From Methanothermobacter thermautotrophicus str. Delta H (GTDB lineage: Archaea; Methanobacteriota; Methanobacteria; Methanobacteriales; Methanothermobacteraceae), in NCBI RefSeq assembly GCF_000008645.1, contig NC_000916.1, forward strand, positions 990,001 to 1,022,000: a stretch of 32,000 nt of DNA, in the 5' to 3' direction. The notes beneath the pieces are model-generated. The model saw nothing but the letters and a program-made list of their open reading frames with translations. It was not told the DNA's origin and made no database searches. Shown here in pieces: positions 18,706 through 27,501 of this stretch (within the stretch, counting starts at the first letter, position 1; each line of letters begins with the position of its first letter). A program made the position numbers and the translations under genes.

Positions 18706-19479
18706 CTACATGAGGTTCTGCTCCTTCCTGTTGAAGAGGAAGGCTGCGATGAGTACCGCTATCACCGCAAAGATGGTTATCACCAGGAGGTTAACCTCAA
18801 GGGGGAGCACAGATCTTCTGAGTATTGTGAACCTGAGGGCATCCACTGCATAGGTGAGGGGGTTGATGTACACCGCGCCCTGAAGCCATGCTGGAAGCCC
18901 TGTTATCGGGAAGAGGGCCCCGCTCAGGAGGAATATGGGGAGCACTATGAAGCTCATTATGAGGTTGAATCCCTCCATGCTGTCGGTGAAGGCTGCTATC
19001 ACCAGTCCGAGGCCCCCGAGGCCCATGGAGATTATGAGGGCTATCACCATGCTCACAATAAAGCACTGGGGTGACATGGTGATTCCGACTATGAATGACA
19101 GGGCAAGGAGTATTGCTGCCTGTATCATTGAGGCCGTGCTTATACCCAGCGCCTTTCCAACCACCATTGACTCCCTTGAGATGGGTGCCACCAGGATCTC
19201 CTTCAGGAACCCGTACTGCCTGTCAATTATCACCGAGACCCCCGAGAATATGCTGGTGAAGAGCACTGTCTGGCCTATTATACCCGGGTATATGAATGCC
19301 TTGTAGCCCCCAGGGACTCCCCCGAATCTGACCGCGGCCCCCAGCCCTGTCCCGAATATTATGAGCCAGAGGAGGGGTGTGACTATTGATGTGACTATCC
19401 TTGACCTGTACCTGAAGAACCTCTTCATTTCACGGAGCCATATCGTGTATATACCTTCAATTTCAGCCATCCAGATCAC
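18706..19479 (-). CDS. ABC-2 type transporter permease (DrrB-like)
   Basis: 257 aa, multi-spanning; FIYPGIIGQTVLFTSIFSGVSVI, GALFPITGLPAWLQGAVYINPLTYAVDALR. Confidence 0.93.
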   Translation of the reverse strand: MIWMAEIEGIYTIWLREMKRFFRYRSRIVTSIVTPLLWLIIFGTGLGAAVRFGGVPGGYKAFIYPGIIGQTVLFTSIFSGVSVIIDRQYGFLKEILVAPISRESMVVGKALGISTASMIQAAILLALSFIVGITMSPQCFIVSMVIALIISMGLGGLGLVIAAFTDSMEGFNLIMSFIVLPIFLLSGALFPITGLPAWLQGAVYINPLTYAVDALRFTILRRSVLPLEVNLLVITIFAVIAVLIAAFLFNRKEQNLM

Positions 19480-20414
19480 GCCTCACTTATTCCCCTGCCT
19501 GTGTACTTTATGAATACGTCCTCAAGGGTGGGGTGTTCGAGTTCCACTGCCCTCACATAGTAGTTGTTCCTGGCTGCCAGGTTAACTATCTCAGGGACCA
19601 GGTTCTCCCCCCTCTCAACCAGCACCTTAACCTCATCATCCATCAGGTATGCCTCCTTGACGTAGTCCTGTTTCTCAAGGATTTCATGGAATCCCCTGGC
19701 CCTGTCAACCCTGACGGTTATGGTGTCAGCGCCGAGCTCCCTTTTGAGGTTCCCTGGACTGTCGGCCTTTATTATCTCACCGTGGCTCATTATGGCCACC
19801 TCGTCGCAGAGCTTATCTGCCTCCTCCATGTAATGGGTTGTCAGGAGCACTGTGACGTCCTCCTCCCTGTTGAGCTTCTCTATGTACCTCCATATGCTCT
19901 CCCTTGTCTGGGGGTCGAGTCCCAGGGTTGGCTCGTCCAGGAAGAGCACCCTTGGGTGGTGTATGAGGCCCCGCCCTATCTCCAGGCGCCTCTTCATACC
20001 CCCGGAGTAGGTCTTCACGTACTCGTCTGCCTTGTCCCCGAGGGCTATGAGTTCAAGTACCTCCTCTATCCTCCTATCCCTTACATCGCGGGGTACGCCG
20101 TAGAGGGCGGCGTGCATCTCCAGGTGCTCCCTCCCTGTGAGTATATCGTCGAGGGCCCTTGACTGGAAGACTATCCCTATGGATTCCCGGACCTTCCTCG
20201 CATCCCTGACTATGTCGTAGCCGTTGACGGTACCCCTGCCCCCTGTGGGGCGTAGTATTGTGCACAGCATGGAGATCAGTGTTGTTTTACCTGCCCCGTT
20301 GGGTCCCAGGACCCCGTAGATGGATCCCTCCGGTACCCTGAGGTTCACCCCCTTAACCGCAAGGAATTCATCATACTTCTTTTTTATATCCTCTGTCTCG
20401 ATTATGTGATCCAT
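19476..20414 (-). CDS. ABC transporter ATP-binding protein (DrrA-like); ATGA overlap with the permease
   Basis: LGPNGAGKTTLISML, YSGGMKRRLEIGRGLIHHPRVLFLDEPTLGLDPQTR. Confidence 0.97.
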   Translation of the reverse strand: MDHIIETEDIKKKYDEFLAVKGVNLRVPEGSIYGVLGPNGAGKTTLISMLCTILRPTGGRGTVNGYDIVRDARKVRESIGIVFQSRALDDILTGREHLEMHAALYGVPRDVRDRRIEEVLELIALGDKADEYVKTYSGGMKRRLEIGRGLIHHPRVLFLDEPTLGLDPQTRESIWRYIEKLNREEDVTVLLTTHYMEEADKLCDEVAIMSHGEIIKADSPGNLKRELGADTITVRVDRARGFHEILEKQDYVKEAYLMDDEVKVLVERGENLVPEIVNLAARNNYYVRAVELEHPTLEDVFIKYTGRGISEA

Positions 20415-20510
20415 CCAAATCCTCCGCGACCCTGAAGCATCGGGTATTATGGTTAGATTTTTATCCCTGATAGTATAAATTGTTATAGTGATGCTGTGGA
20501 GGGTGCATGA

Positions 20511-21923
20511 ATGGATTTTGAGAACATTGAGAAGGCCCCTACCGGAATAAAGGGCCTTGATATGATTACTGAGGGTGGTTTTCCAAGGGGTCGTAACACG
20601 CTGATATATGGGGGTCCCGGGACAGGGAAGACTTTCATTGCAATGGAGTTCCTGCTTAAGGGTGCATCGGTCTATGGAGAGCCCGGTGTCATGGTGAGCT
20701 TCGATGAAGCCATGGAAAACCTCATTGAGAACTTCAGATCATCGGACAGGCTTCTTGAAAGGCTTATTGATGAGGGCCTGCTCTTCATAGAGGATGCTTC
20801 CAGGGGTATGGACCCGGATGCGGGGTCCTACAGCCTTGAGGCCCTGAAGCTCCGGCTTGAGGATGCCATAAGGAGGACAGGTGCCAGGCGGGTGGTCCTG
20901 GATAAGGTAGATAATCTCTTTGATGGCACTGAAAGGCAGGGAATGATTGGCTTCGAACTCAGGGAACTCATAAGGTGGCTGAATGGCATGGGGGTTACCA
21001 GCGTATTCACCTCAGGGGATTATGGTGGTTCCCCAACCCATAGGCTTGAGGAGTACATATCCGACTGTGTTATCCACCTGACACACACCTTTGAGGGACA
21101 GGTGGGTACAAGGCACCTGAGGATAGTGAAGTACCGTGGATCAGGCCACGGCCTGAACAGGTACCCCTTCATTATAACCCGGCGCGGTGCATCCATATTC
21201 CCCATCACCTCCATCAGCCTTGATTACAGTGTGAGCAGGGAACTTGTATCAACAGGAATCCCTACCCTGGATGAGATGCTCGGTGGGGGCGTGTACAGGG
21301 GGTCAGCAGTGCTCGTATCAGGTACCACCGGGGCCGGTAAGACCAGCCTGCTCTCGAAGTTTGCCTATGAGTCATGCAGGAGGGGGGAGAGGTGCCTATT
21401 CTTTTCCAATGAGGAACCCGCTGACCAGATAGTCCGCAACATGGAATCCATAGGCATCAAACTTGGTGAGTTCCTGGGCGATAAGCTACTCATACACTCT
21501 GACCGCCCCACATCCCTTGGCCTTGAGGCCCACCTCACATACATGCAGGACCTTATCATGGACTTCAACCCGGACAGTGTTCTGGTCGACCCGGTCACCG
21601 GGCTGGCAGGGGCTGGTGGGAGCCCTGAAACCCGGAATGAGAATGCTAAGCACCTCTTCATAAGGTTAACGGATTTCCTCAAAGGCAGGGGGATCACCTC
21701 AATATTCAGCTATCTGATAGCCTCGCCCTTCACCGCGACAACGACTGAGCTTAAACTCTCCTCCCTGATAGACACCTGGATCGTCCTTGAGAGCATCCGG
21801 GCCAACGGAGAGTACCGGAGGTCCCTCAGGATACTCAAGAGCAGGGGTATGAACCATTCAAGCAGCGTCGCCGAGGTCAGATTCACAGACAGGGGTATAC
21901 TCATCAAGGGGGGCTCCTGGTGA
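20511..21923 (+). CDS. KaiC-like two-domain RecA-superfamily ATPase
   Basis: 470 aa; MENIEKAPTGIKGLDMITEGGFPRGRNTLIYGGPGTGKTFIAMEFL-type first domain and STGIPTLDEMLGGGVYRGSAVLVSGTTGAGKTSLLSKFA second domain. Confidence 0.93.
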   Translation: MDFENIEKAPTGIKGLDMITEGGFPRGRNTLIYGGPGTGKTFIAMEFLLKGASVYGEPGVMVSFDEAMENLIENFRSSDRLLERLIDEGLLFIEDASRGMDPDAGSYSLEALKLRLEDAIRRTGARRVVLDKVDNLFDGTERQGMIGFELRELIRWLNGMGVTSVFTSGDYGGSPTHRLEEYISDCVIHLTHTFEGQVGTRHLRIVKYRGSGHGLNRYPFIITRRGASIFPITSISLDYSVSRELVSTGIPTLDEMLGGGVYRGSAVLVSGTTGAGKTSLLSKFAYESCRRGERCLFFSNEEPADQIVRNMESIGIKLGEFLGDKLLIHSDRPTSLGLEAHLTYMQDLIMDFNPDSVLVDPVTGLAGAGGSPETRNENAKHLFIRLTDFLKGRGITSIFSYLIASPFTATTTELKLSSLIDTWIVLESIRANGEYRRSLRILKSRGMNHSSSVAEVRFTDRGILIKGGSW

Positions 21924-21932
21924 AGGCTGGGG

Positions 21933-22187
21933 GTGTTATCTGATGATAAGGCTGCGCTCTATGTAACCGGGGATAGCCTCTCAGAGAGGGCCCTTGAAAA
22001 CCTCATGGATGTCATTGATGATAGGGTGGAACTGGAGGTTGTGAACGTCCTGGAGAAACCCTGGCTTGCAAGGGAGAGGGGTATAATAGCGATCCCCACC
22101 CTTGAGAGGCTCAACCCGGGGCCTGAGAGGAGGGTTATAGGGGATCTTTCCGATGCAGATGCGCTGAGGAGGTTCCTTGGAATCTGA
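21933..22187 (+). CDS. KaiB-like thioredoxin-fold protein
   Basis: 84 aa; LYVTGDSLSERALENL, VNVLEKPWLARERGIIAIPTLERLNPGPERRVIGDLSD parallels KaiB [39 protein letters not shown] (recalled sequence). Confidence 0.88.
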   Translation: MLSDDKAALYVTGDSLSERALENLMDVIDDRVELEVVNVLEKPWLARERGIIAIPTLERLNPGPERRVIGDLSDADALRRFLGI

Positions 22188-22197
22188 GGTGGATGCC

Positions 22198-22785
22198 ATG
22201 GAGGGGAATCTCAGGAAGTTCAGGGATCTGCTCAGGGAGATATCATGTCATAGGAGCATGGAGTCCCTCATCAGGGACATGAGGGCAGGGGACCATATAT
22301 GCCTAATATATGATGGTGATGATGAGTGGAGGGGTGCCGTTGTCCCCTTCATTGTTGAAGGCCTCCGGAGGGGTGTGGACCCTGTGAGGAGGTCCCTGAT
22401 ACGGCTGGGATACGATAACATGGCAGGATACCTTGCAGGTGGATTCCCCTCCTGGTACATGGCTGGACTTGAAATCATGAAAATGAGGGCCATCAGTGTC
22501 CATGAGTTAAGGGAGATGGAGGGTGACTTCTTCCTCCTGGACGTCCGTAAGATAACAGACAGGGAGAGGTTCCACATTGAGGGCTCAGAGCACATCTGGG
22601 TTGGTGATCTGCCAGATAACCTTGATTTGATCCCAGAGAAGGATGTTGTCATCTACTGTGACTCCGGTTACAAGTCAACCATTGCTGCGAGCATACTTGA
22701 AGGCCATGGTTTCAATGTGACCACCGTCCTTGGCGGTATCGGGGCCTGGCTGAGGGCAGGATACCCTGTAGCCGGTGATGTTTAA
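22198..22785 (+). CDS. Rhodanese-domain protein with an N-terminal MEDS/DcmR-like segment
   Basis: AGDHICLIYDGDDEWRGAVVPFIVEGLRRG (MEDS-like), LIRLGYDNMAGYLAGGFPSWYMAGLE (tail of a rhodanese repeat), then FFLLDVRKI...VVIYCDSGYKSTIAASILEGHGFNVTTVLGGIGAW (complete rhodanese with active-site Cys). Confidence 0.82.
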   Translation: MEGNLRKFRDLLREISCHRSMESLIRDMRAGDHICLIYDGDDEWRGAVVPFIVEGLRRGVDPVRRSLIRLGYDNMAGYLAGGFPSWYMAGLEIMKMRAISVHELREMEGDFFLLDVRKITDRERFHIEGSEHIWVGDLPDNLDLIPEKDVVIYCDSGYKSTIAASILEGHGFNVTTVLGGIGAWLRAGYPVAGDV

Positions 22786-22819
22786 GTTTTAATGGATAAC
22801 TGAATATGGAGGAAAAAGG

Positions 22820-23296
22820 ATGAGTATTGTTAAGATACCCCTGATGACAAAGGAAGAGTATGATGAGTTCATAGCAGAGAACTTCATAAGCAGGATAGCC
22901 TTCAACGGTGACTATCCATACATAGCCCCATTTCTCTATGTATTTGATGGGGAACACCTCTACTTCCTATCAACGAGGTACGGCAGGAAGATAGAGCTCC
23001 TCAAGAGGAACCCCTACGTCGCTGTTGAAATCGAACACTACAGTGATGACCTTTCAGAGTATCGCTTCGTTACACTGCAGGGCCAGATAGTTGAGGAGAA
23101 TGACCCCTCAACAAAGAGGCGTGTGAAGGAGATGTTCGCTGACCTCATAGAGAAGCGGGGGCTCTCAAGGAACATCCTCAGGGCTCTGGGGCATTCACCA
23201 GAGGACCCACTCAACTGTCTTGTGGAGATGGACCGATCCTATGTCTGGAAACTCGTTGAAGTGGTTGATATAGTCGGGATAAAGGGTGGTGAATGA
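22820..23296 (+). CDS. Pyridoxamine 5'-phosphate oxidase-family FMN-binding protein
   Basis: 158 aa; MTKEEYDEFIAENFISRIAFNGDYPYIAPFLYVFDGEHLYFLSTRYGRKIELLKRNPYVAVEIE. Confidence 0.82.
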   Translation: MSIVKIPLMTKEEYDEFIAENFISRIAFNGDYPYIAPFLYVFDGEHLYFLSTRYGRKIELLKRNPYVAVEIEHYSDDLSEYRFVTLQGQIVEENDPSTKRRVKEMFADLIEKRGLSRNILRALGHSPEDPLNCLVEMDRSYVWKLVEVVDIVGIKGGE

Positions 23297-23565
23297 ATTC
23301 AATGGTTCCAGGTCGTTTCAGGATCCACAAATCAACCATAAAACAGTTATAAAGAAATTCAATGGTTCCAGGTGGTTAACCACCCGGAACAGGTTAGGGG
23401 GATGAAAATTAGAAAAAGGGTTAGGGTGGTTTTGAAGGAGTTTAAATGAAGGTTGGGGGGATGAACATCTACCTCCTTCACCTACCCTGCTCTCTTCTAA
23501 CAATTCACATACACTAAATCTTTTTTGTGAATATATTCACTGTGGCCAGTTACTTTGTGATCACC

Positions 23566-24411
23566 TCAGGAAAGGCCTGTGAGTGCTGTGATGGTCCCGC
23601 TGCCAGCTGCAAAGGCGATGAATGTCAGGGCCATGCCTACCTTTATCATCCTTGATACCCGGGATGCTGTGGCCCTATCCTGACCCCTGAGGATCATTAT
23701 GGCTGCCCTTAGAAAAACAGCCACTGCTAGTAGGAGTACAGGAATATAGAGAGCTGAGAATATCCCTAGGAGGTAGAGGCTGGGACTTGTGAGGCTGGCG
23801 ATCAGCATGAAGGAGGCTGCCAGGACCCCTGAAATCCTCATCCCGTGGGTTATGGGGAGTGTTGTTGCACCCTCAGCCCGGTCCCCCTCAACATCCTCCA
23901 TGTCCTTGACAATCTCCCTCGCCATGGTCATCAGGAAGGCATAGAAGCCCAGGAGGATTGAAGCCCTCACCTCCCCCAGGACTATGCCCCCGAAGACGAA
24001 GCTGAGGCCCGTTAGGAAGGATATCGTAATGTTACCCACCAGGCACCTTTTCTTGAGGCGCCATGCATAGTAGACCATGAGAAGTGAACTTGAGACCACA
24101 ACGAGTCCCGGGAGCAGGCCAAGGTAGAACCCCATCAGGGACGCCAGAGCAAATAGTATGATTGAGTAAACCCCTGCAACGCCCCTGCTGATCCTCCCTG
24201 ATGGTATGGGACGTTCTGGCCTGTTTATGGCATCTATTTCATGGTCAAAGTAGTCATTGATAACATTACCTGCACCCGTGGCTGTGAAAACAACCACAGA
24301 TGCCAGGAGAACACTGAAATCGAATCTGCCCGTGATGAGGGCCATCAGCATAACTGTTATCACCGCCATGACGGCATTTACGGGTCTGAGTATCTCTATA
24401 TATGGATTCAT
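23566..24411 (-). CDS. UbiA-family prenyltransferase, probable digeranylgeranylglyceryl phosphate synthase
   Basis: 281 aa; GNVINDYFDHEIDAINRPERPIPSGRIS and EIVKDMEDVEGDRAEGATTLPI are the two Asp-rich UbiA motifs. Confidence 0.9.
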   Translation of the reverse strand: MNPYIEILRPVNAVMAVITVMLMALITGRFDFSVLLASVVVFTATGAGNVINDYFDHEIDAINRPERPIPSGRISRGVAGVYSIILFALASLMGFYLGLLPGLVVVSSSLLMVYYAWRLKKRCLVGNITISFLTGLSFVFGGIVLGEVRASILLGFYAFLMTMAREIVKDMEDVEGDRAEGATTLPITHGMRISGVLAASFMLIASLTSPSLYLLGIFSALYIPVLLLAVAVFLRAAIMILRGQDRATASRVSRMIKVGMALTFIAFAAGSGTITALTGLS

Positions 24412-24504
24412 ATGGAAACCTCCTCTTGAACCGGTAAAATCTCATCACCTCAGGTTAAAACTGAAGTCTGTCAGTTTGTTATCCTCCACCGTAAATTGGA
24501 ATCA

Positions 24505-24601
24505 GAGCCATCCAGACCAGGTCAAATCAAAACCCTCATGGAAGCGGATAGTGTGGGCTGGGATGTACCCGAGCCAGCCAGACCAGGTCAAATCAAAACC
24601 C
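24505..24601. repeat. Two copies of a 31-bp direct repeat (GAGCCAKCCAGACCAGGTCAAATCAAAACCC) separated by 35 bp
   Basis: Copies at 24505-24535 and 24571-24601, one mismatch (T/G at repeat position 7). Confidence 0.9.
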
Positions 24602-24631
24602 ACTTATATCTTGAATTACTTCATAAATCCT

Positions 24632-25291
24632 ATGACTGGCAGTGACATTCTTGGACTCCTGATGGTATATGTATATGTTGCAGTTTTATTACTTGTATCT
24701 GAGAGGTTCCTGGGTGATAGGCCAAATCTAAGCAGAAAGTTTGTACATATAATGGTTGGTAACATCCTATTTATATTACCACTCTTTGAGAGCCGCCTCG
24801 TCATAACATTCCTTGCAGCAGCCCCCTTCATCCTCATAACCTTCCTCCTAAGTCCCTACTCCCCCCTCAGGGTGAAGCACCGTGCCTCATCCTACGGACA
24901 CGGCCTTGGACTCGTATATTATTCCATATCCTGGACCATCCTGGCATACCTCTTCTTTGAGGCCCCCTGGATTACAGGTATAGGGATAGCAGCCATGTCC
25001 TACGGTGACGGGTTCGCAAGCCTGACGGGTGAGAGGTTCGGGAGGACAACCTTCAGTGTCCTGGGGGATAAGAAGAGCCTTGAGGGTTCACTTGGGATGT
25101 TCATCATCCTCCTGGTGATGCTCCCCGTGGTCCTCACCTACTACTCCCAGGGCTTCACCCCGTACCTTATCCTGGGGGTGGCCCTGGTATCAACTGTACT
25201 GGAGGCCCTCACCCCCCGGGGACTCGACAACCTGACTGCTTGCTTCGGGGCTGTTGCAGCATACATCCTACTTGGGGGAATGGGGATTTGA
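24632..25291 (+). CDS. Dolichol/phytol-kinase-like integral membrane protein (prenol kinase or CTP-transferase superfamily)
   Basis: ORF from internal start MTGSDILGLL; SRKFVHIMVGNILFILP and SYGDGFASLTGERFGRTTFSVLGDKKSLEGSLGMF motifs; multi-spanning. Confidence 0.82.
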   Translation: MTGSDILGLLMVYVYVAVLLLVSERFLGDRPNLSRKFVHIMVGNILFILPLFESRLVITFLAAAPFILITFLLSPYSPLRVKHRASSYGHGLGLVYYSISWTILAYLFFEAPWITGIGIAAMSYGDGFASLTGERFGRTTFSVLGDKKSLEGSLGMFIILLVMLPVVLTYYSQGFTPYLILGVALVSTVLEALTPRGLDNLTACFGAVAAYILLGGMGI

Positions 25292-25890
25292 GGTTCATAG
25301 TGATTGACGGCCTCGACGGAGCAGGGAAGGACACCCACGCGGAGCTGATAAGGAGGAGGTACCTTGAGAGGGGTGAGCATGTCGTCTTCAGGTCCCACCC
25401 CGAGGATGACAACCCCTATGGTAAGAGGGCTAGGGAGGCCCTCCTCAGGGGTGGTAAGGTTAACCACATCAGGGCAGCCATATTCTACGCCCTGGACGTC
25501 ATAAGGTCCCTGTGGCTCTACCACTGGCGCTCCAATCCCGGACCGGATACACTCATATTCTCAAGGTACCTCATGGGTGTCGCCTACCTCCCTGGGCCCC
25601 TCTCATCAGTACTTTACCGTCTGCTATCAAGGGTTCTGCCCACAACAGAGTACATGTTCTTCCTGGACGTTTCCCCTGAGGAGTCCCTGAGGCGGCTGAT
25701 GGAGAGGGATGAACATGAAATGTTTGAAAACCTCGATGACCTCACCAGCACCCGGGAGAAGGCCCTCAGACTTGCAGATGGATGGTACATCATAAACACC
25801 GAGGACCCCATCGAGGACGTGCAGAGTAGGATTGATGAGATCCTGGACAGACTTGACGGTGATGTATATGAAGATAACGTGCCTTGTTGA
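25288..25890 (+). CDS. Thymidylate-kinase-like protein, probable TTG start overlapping the upstream stop
   Basis: LRFIVIDGLDGAGKDTHAELIRRRYLERG (P-loop), FFLDVSPEESLRRLMERDE; TTG at 25288 overlaps TGA at 25289-25291. Confidence 0.85.
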   Translation: MRFIVIDGLDGAGKDTHAELIRRRYLERGEHVVFRSHPEDDNPYGKRAREALLRGGKVNHIRAAIFYALDVIRSLWLYHWRSNPGPDTLIFSRYLMGVAYLPGPLSSVLYRLLSRVLPTTEYMFFLDVSPEESLRRLMERDEHEMFENLDDLTSTREKALRLADGWYIINTEDPIEDVQSRIDEILDRLDGDVYEDNVPC

Positions 25891-26650
25891 GGATAGGGCA
25901 AGACCACCCCTCCGGGCCGAGCATGGACTGTCACTCCACATTGAGGGTGATGTGAACATACTCTTTGATACCGGTCAGAGCGGACTCTTCATGGAGAATG
26001 CTGAGCTGCTTGGTGTTGACCTGGGGGATGTGGACCTGGCCATCCTTTCCCATGGACACTACGACCATGGCGGCGGCCTGACCCATTTCATGGAGATAAA
26101 TGAAAACACTGAGGTATTAACCGGTGAAGGAGCGTTCAGGGGGCGATGGGCTGTTGAGGACGGTGCTGAGAGGTTCATAGGAATTGAGGAGATAACAGAT
26201 CCCAGGATAAGGCTCATTGATGAGGATACGGTGATCCATGAGGGCTACACCATCCTGAAGGGTTTCAGTGGTCCATTCAGAAGACCCCTGGGTAACAGGA
26301 CCCTCTTCATGGAGTCAGCGCAGGGTCTGGTTCCTGACACCTTCGATGATGAACTGGTCCTTGTCATTGATGGTCAGGGTGGGCTTACTGTTGTGACCGG
26401 TTGCTCACATAATGGCATACTGAACATACTGGGCACTGTGCGGGACCATTTCCCTGACAGGGAGATTGGAACGGTCGTGGGGGGCCTCCATATCTCAGGG
26501 GATGCACTGTATGTGGCCAGTGAGATCCAGGAATTTGAGGTTGGAAAGATTTACACGGGCCACTGCACCTCAGAGGAGGCATTTAAAGTTCTGGGCAGAT
26601 CATGTAATGTAAATGTGCTCAGAACAGGAACTGTCATCGAGGTTGATTAA
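25868..26650 (+). CDS. Metallo-beta-lactamase-fold hydrolase (MBL/dihydropterin-phosphate-synthase-related type)
   Basis: LSLHIEGDVNILFDTGQSGLF, LAILSHGHYDHGGGL (HxHxDH), VVTGCSHNGILNIL, YTGHCTSEEAF. Confidence 0.92.
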   Translation: MKITCLVEDRARPPLRAEHGLSLHIEGDVNILFDTGQSGLFMENAELLGVDLGDVDLAILSHGHYDHGGGLTHFMEINENTEVLTGEGAFRGRWAVEDGAERFIGIEEITDPRIRLIDEDTVIHEGYTILKGFSGPFRRPLGNRTLFMESAQGLVPDTFDDELVLVIDGQGGLTVVTGCSHNGILNILGTVRDHFPDREIGTVVGGLHISGDALYVASEIQEFEVGKIYTGHCTSEEAFKVLGRSCNVNVLRTGTVIEVD

Positions 26651-26762
26651 AAAAAGACCCGTGGCGACATCAAACATTACCCTGCTTAACCTGTTGAAAA
26701 CAAAGCAGCTCTGGAACTCAGGTGACCGGTTCAGCACTCCCTTAATAGCTGCAAGCATGCGC

Positions 26763-27023
26763 TCATATCAGGTACATGGTAATTATAACTAATGTAATTA
26801 AAATTATGAGCAAGCTCCAGTATAAAGGATGATCATATTTTGATCCCTTCTCCCCTCTCCTTCCTGGAATGACGGTGAATGCCCAGTAGATGATTATATA
26901 GACGAGAACATCCCTGGATAGGATATCTGATGGGATGAGAAGAAGATTCTTCAGTACAATAACTAATCCCACCAGACAAAGTCCCGCCACTAGGGATACC
27001 TTATTCTGGTCTGATAGTCTCAT
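26763..27023 (-). CDS. Small hypothetical membrane protein
   Basis: 86 aa with hydrophobic segments LVAGLCLVGLVIVL, VLVYIIIYWAFTVI and LLIILITLVIITMYLI. Confidence 0.55.
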   Translation of the reverse strand: MRLSDQNKVSLVAGLCLVGLVIVLKNLLLIPSDILSRDVLVYIIIYWAFTVIPGRRGEKGSKYDHPLYWSLLIILITLVIITMYLI

Positions 27024-27501
27024 GATCTATCATTTTTATATCGGCAGGTACATAACTGTAACCCTGATCTCCGCCGACCAGGATGGGGCTCCTATGATCC
27101 TCAGTTGAATGGGCTGGAGTTAATTTAATTGCTAAGGTTTCAGCTGGCTTCTAACCTCTAAAATCTCGAAGATCATAGCATTCTCTCAAAAATAGCCGAT
27201 GCATATGCTTGAATACAGGGAGTGCATGGAATCCGGCGGTTATGACTACAAATCTCAAACTGGCCCCATGGAGTGCATTGAGGACCGGAATTCAAATTTT
27301 TTTTTAACAGTAAATAGCCGGCTAGCTTACCTCTACCTTTTTTCTTCTGAAACCCATGCCTCATCATCAGTTGCCATCCAGGCCACCTGACGCTACGGAC
27401 AGTTCATTAAATAATATCTTATCGGAGAAAGGAGGGATGATATATGACAAAAAGAATCCGCACCGTGATATTTATTAAATCATATCTCCATATATATCAA
27501 C

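Noticed and set aside
19533-20162. 209-aa plus-strand ORF
   Set aside because: Antisense of the ABC ATPase gene; the composition is an artefact of coding sequence on the other strand.
24257-24631. N-terminal 125-residue extension of the kinase-like ORF
   Set aside because: It is antisense to the UbiA gene and translates the direct repeats (DQVKSKP twice). The conserved membrane protein starts at MTGSDILGLL, 24632.
27173-27390. Opposed 64-aa and 63-aa ORFs between the small membrane protein and the 27502 gene
   Set aside because: Mutually overlapping, no domain or convincing initiation context; I treat 27024-27501 as non-coding.
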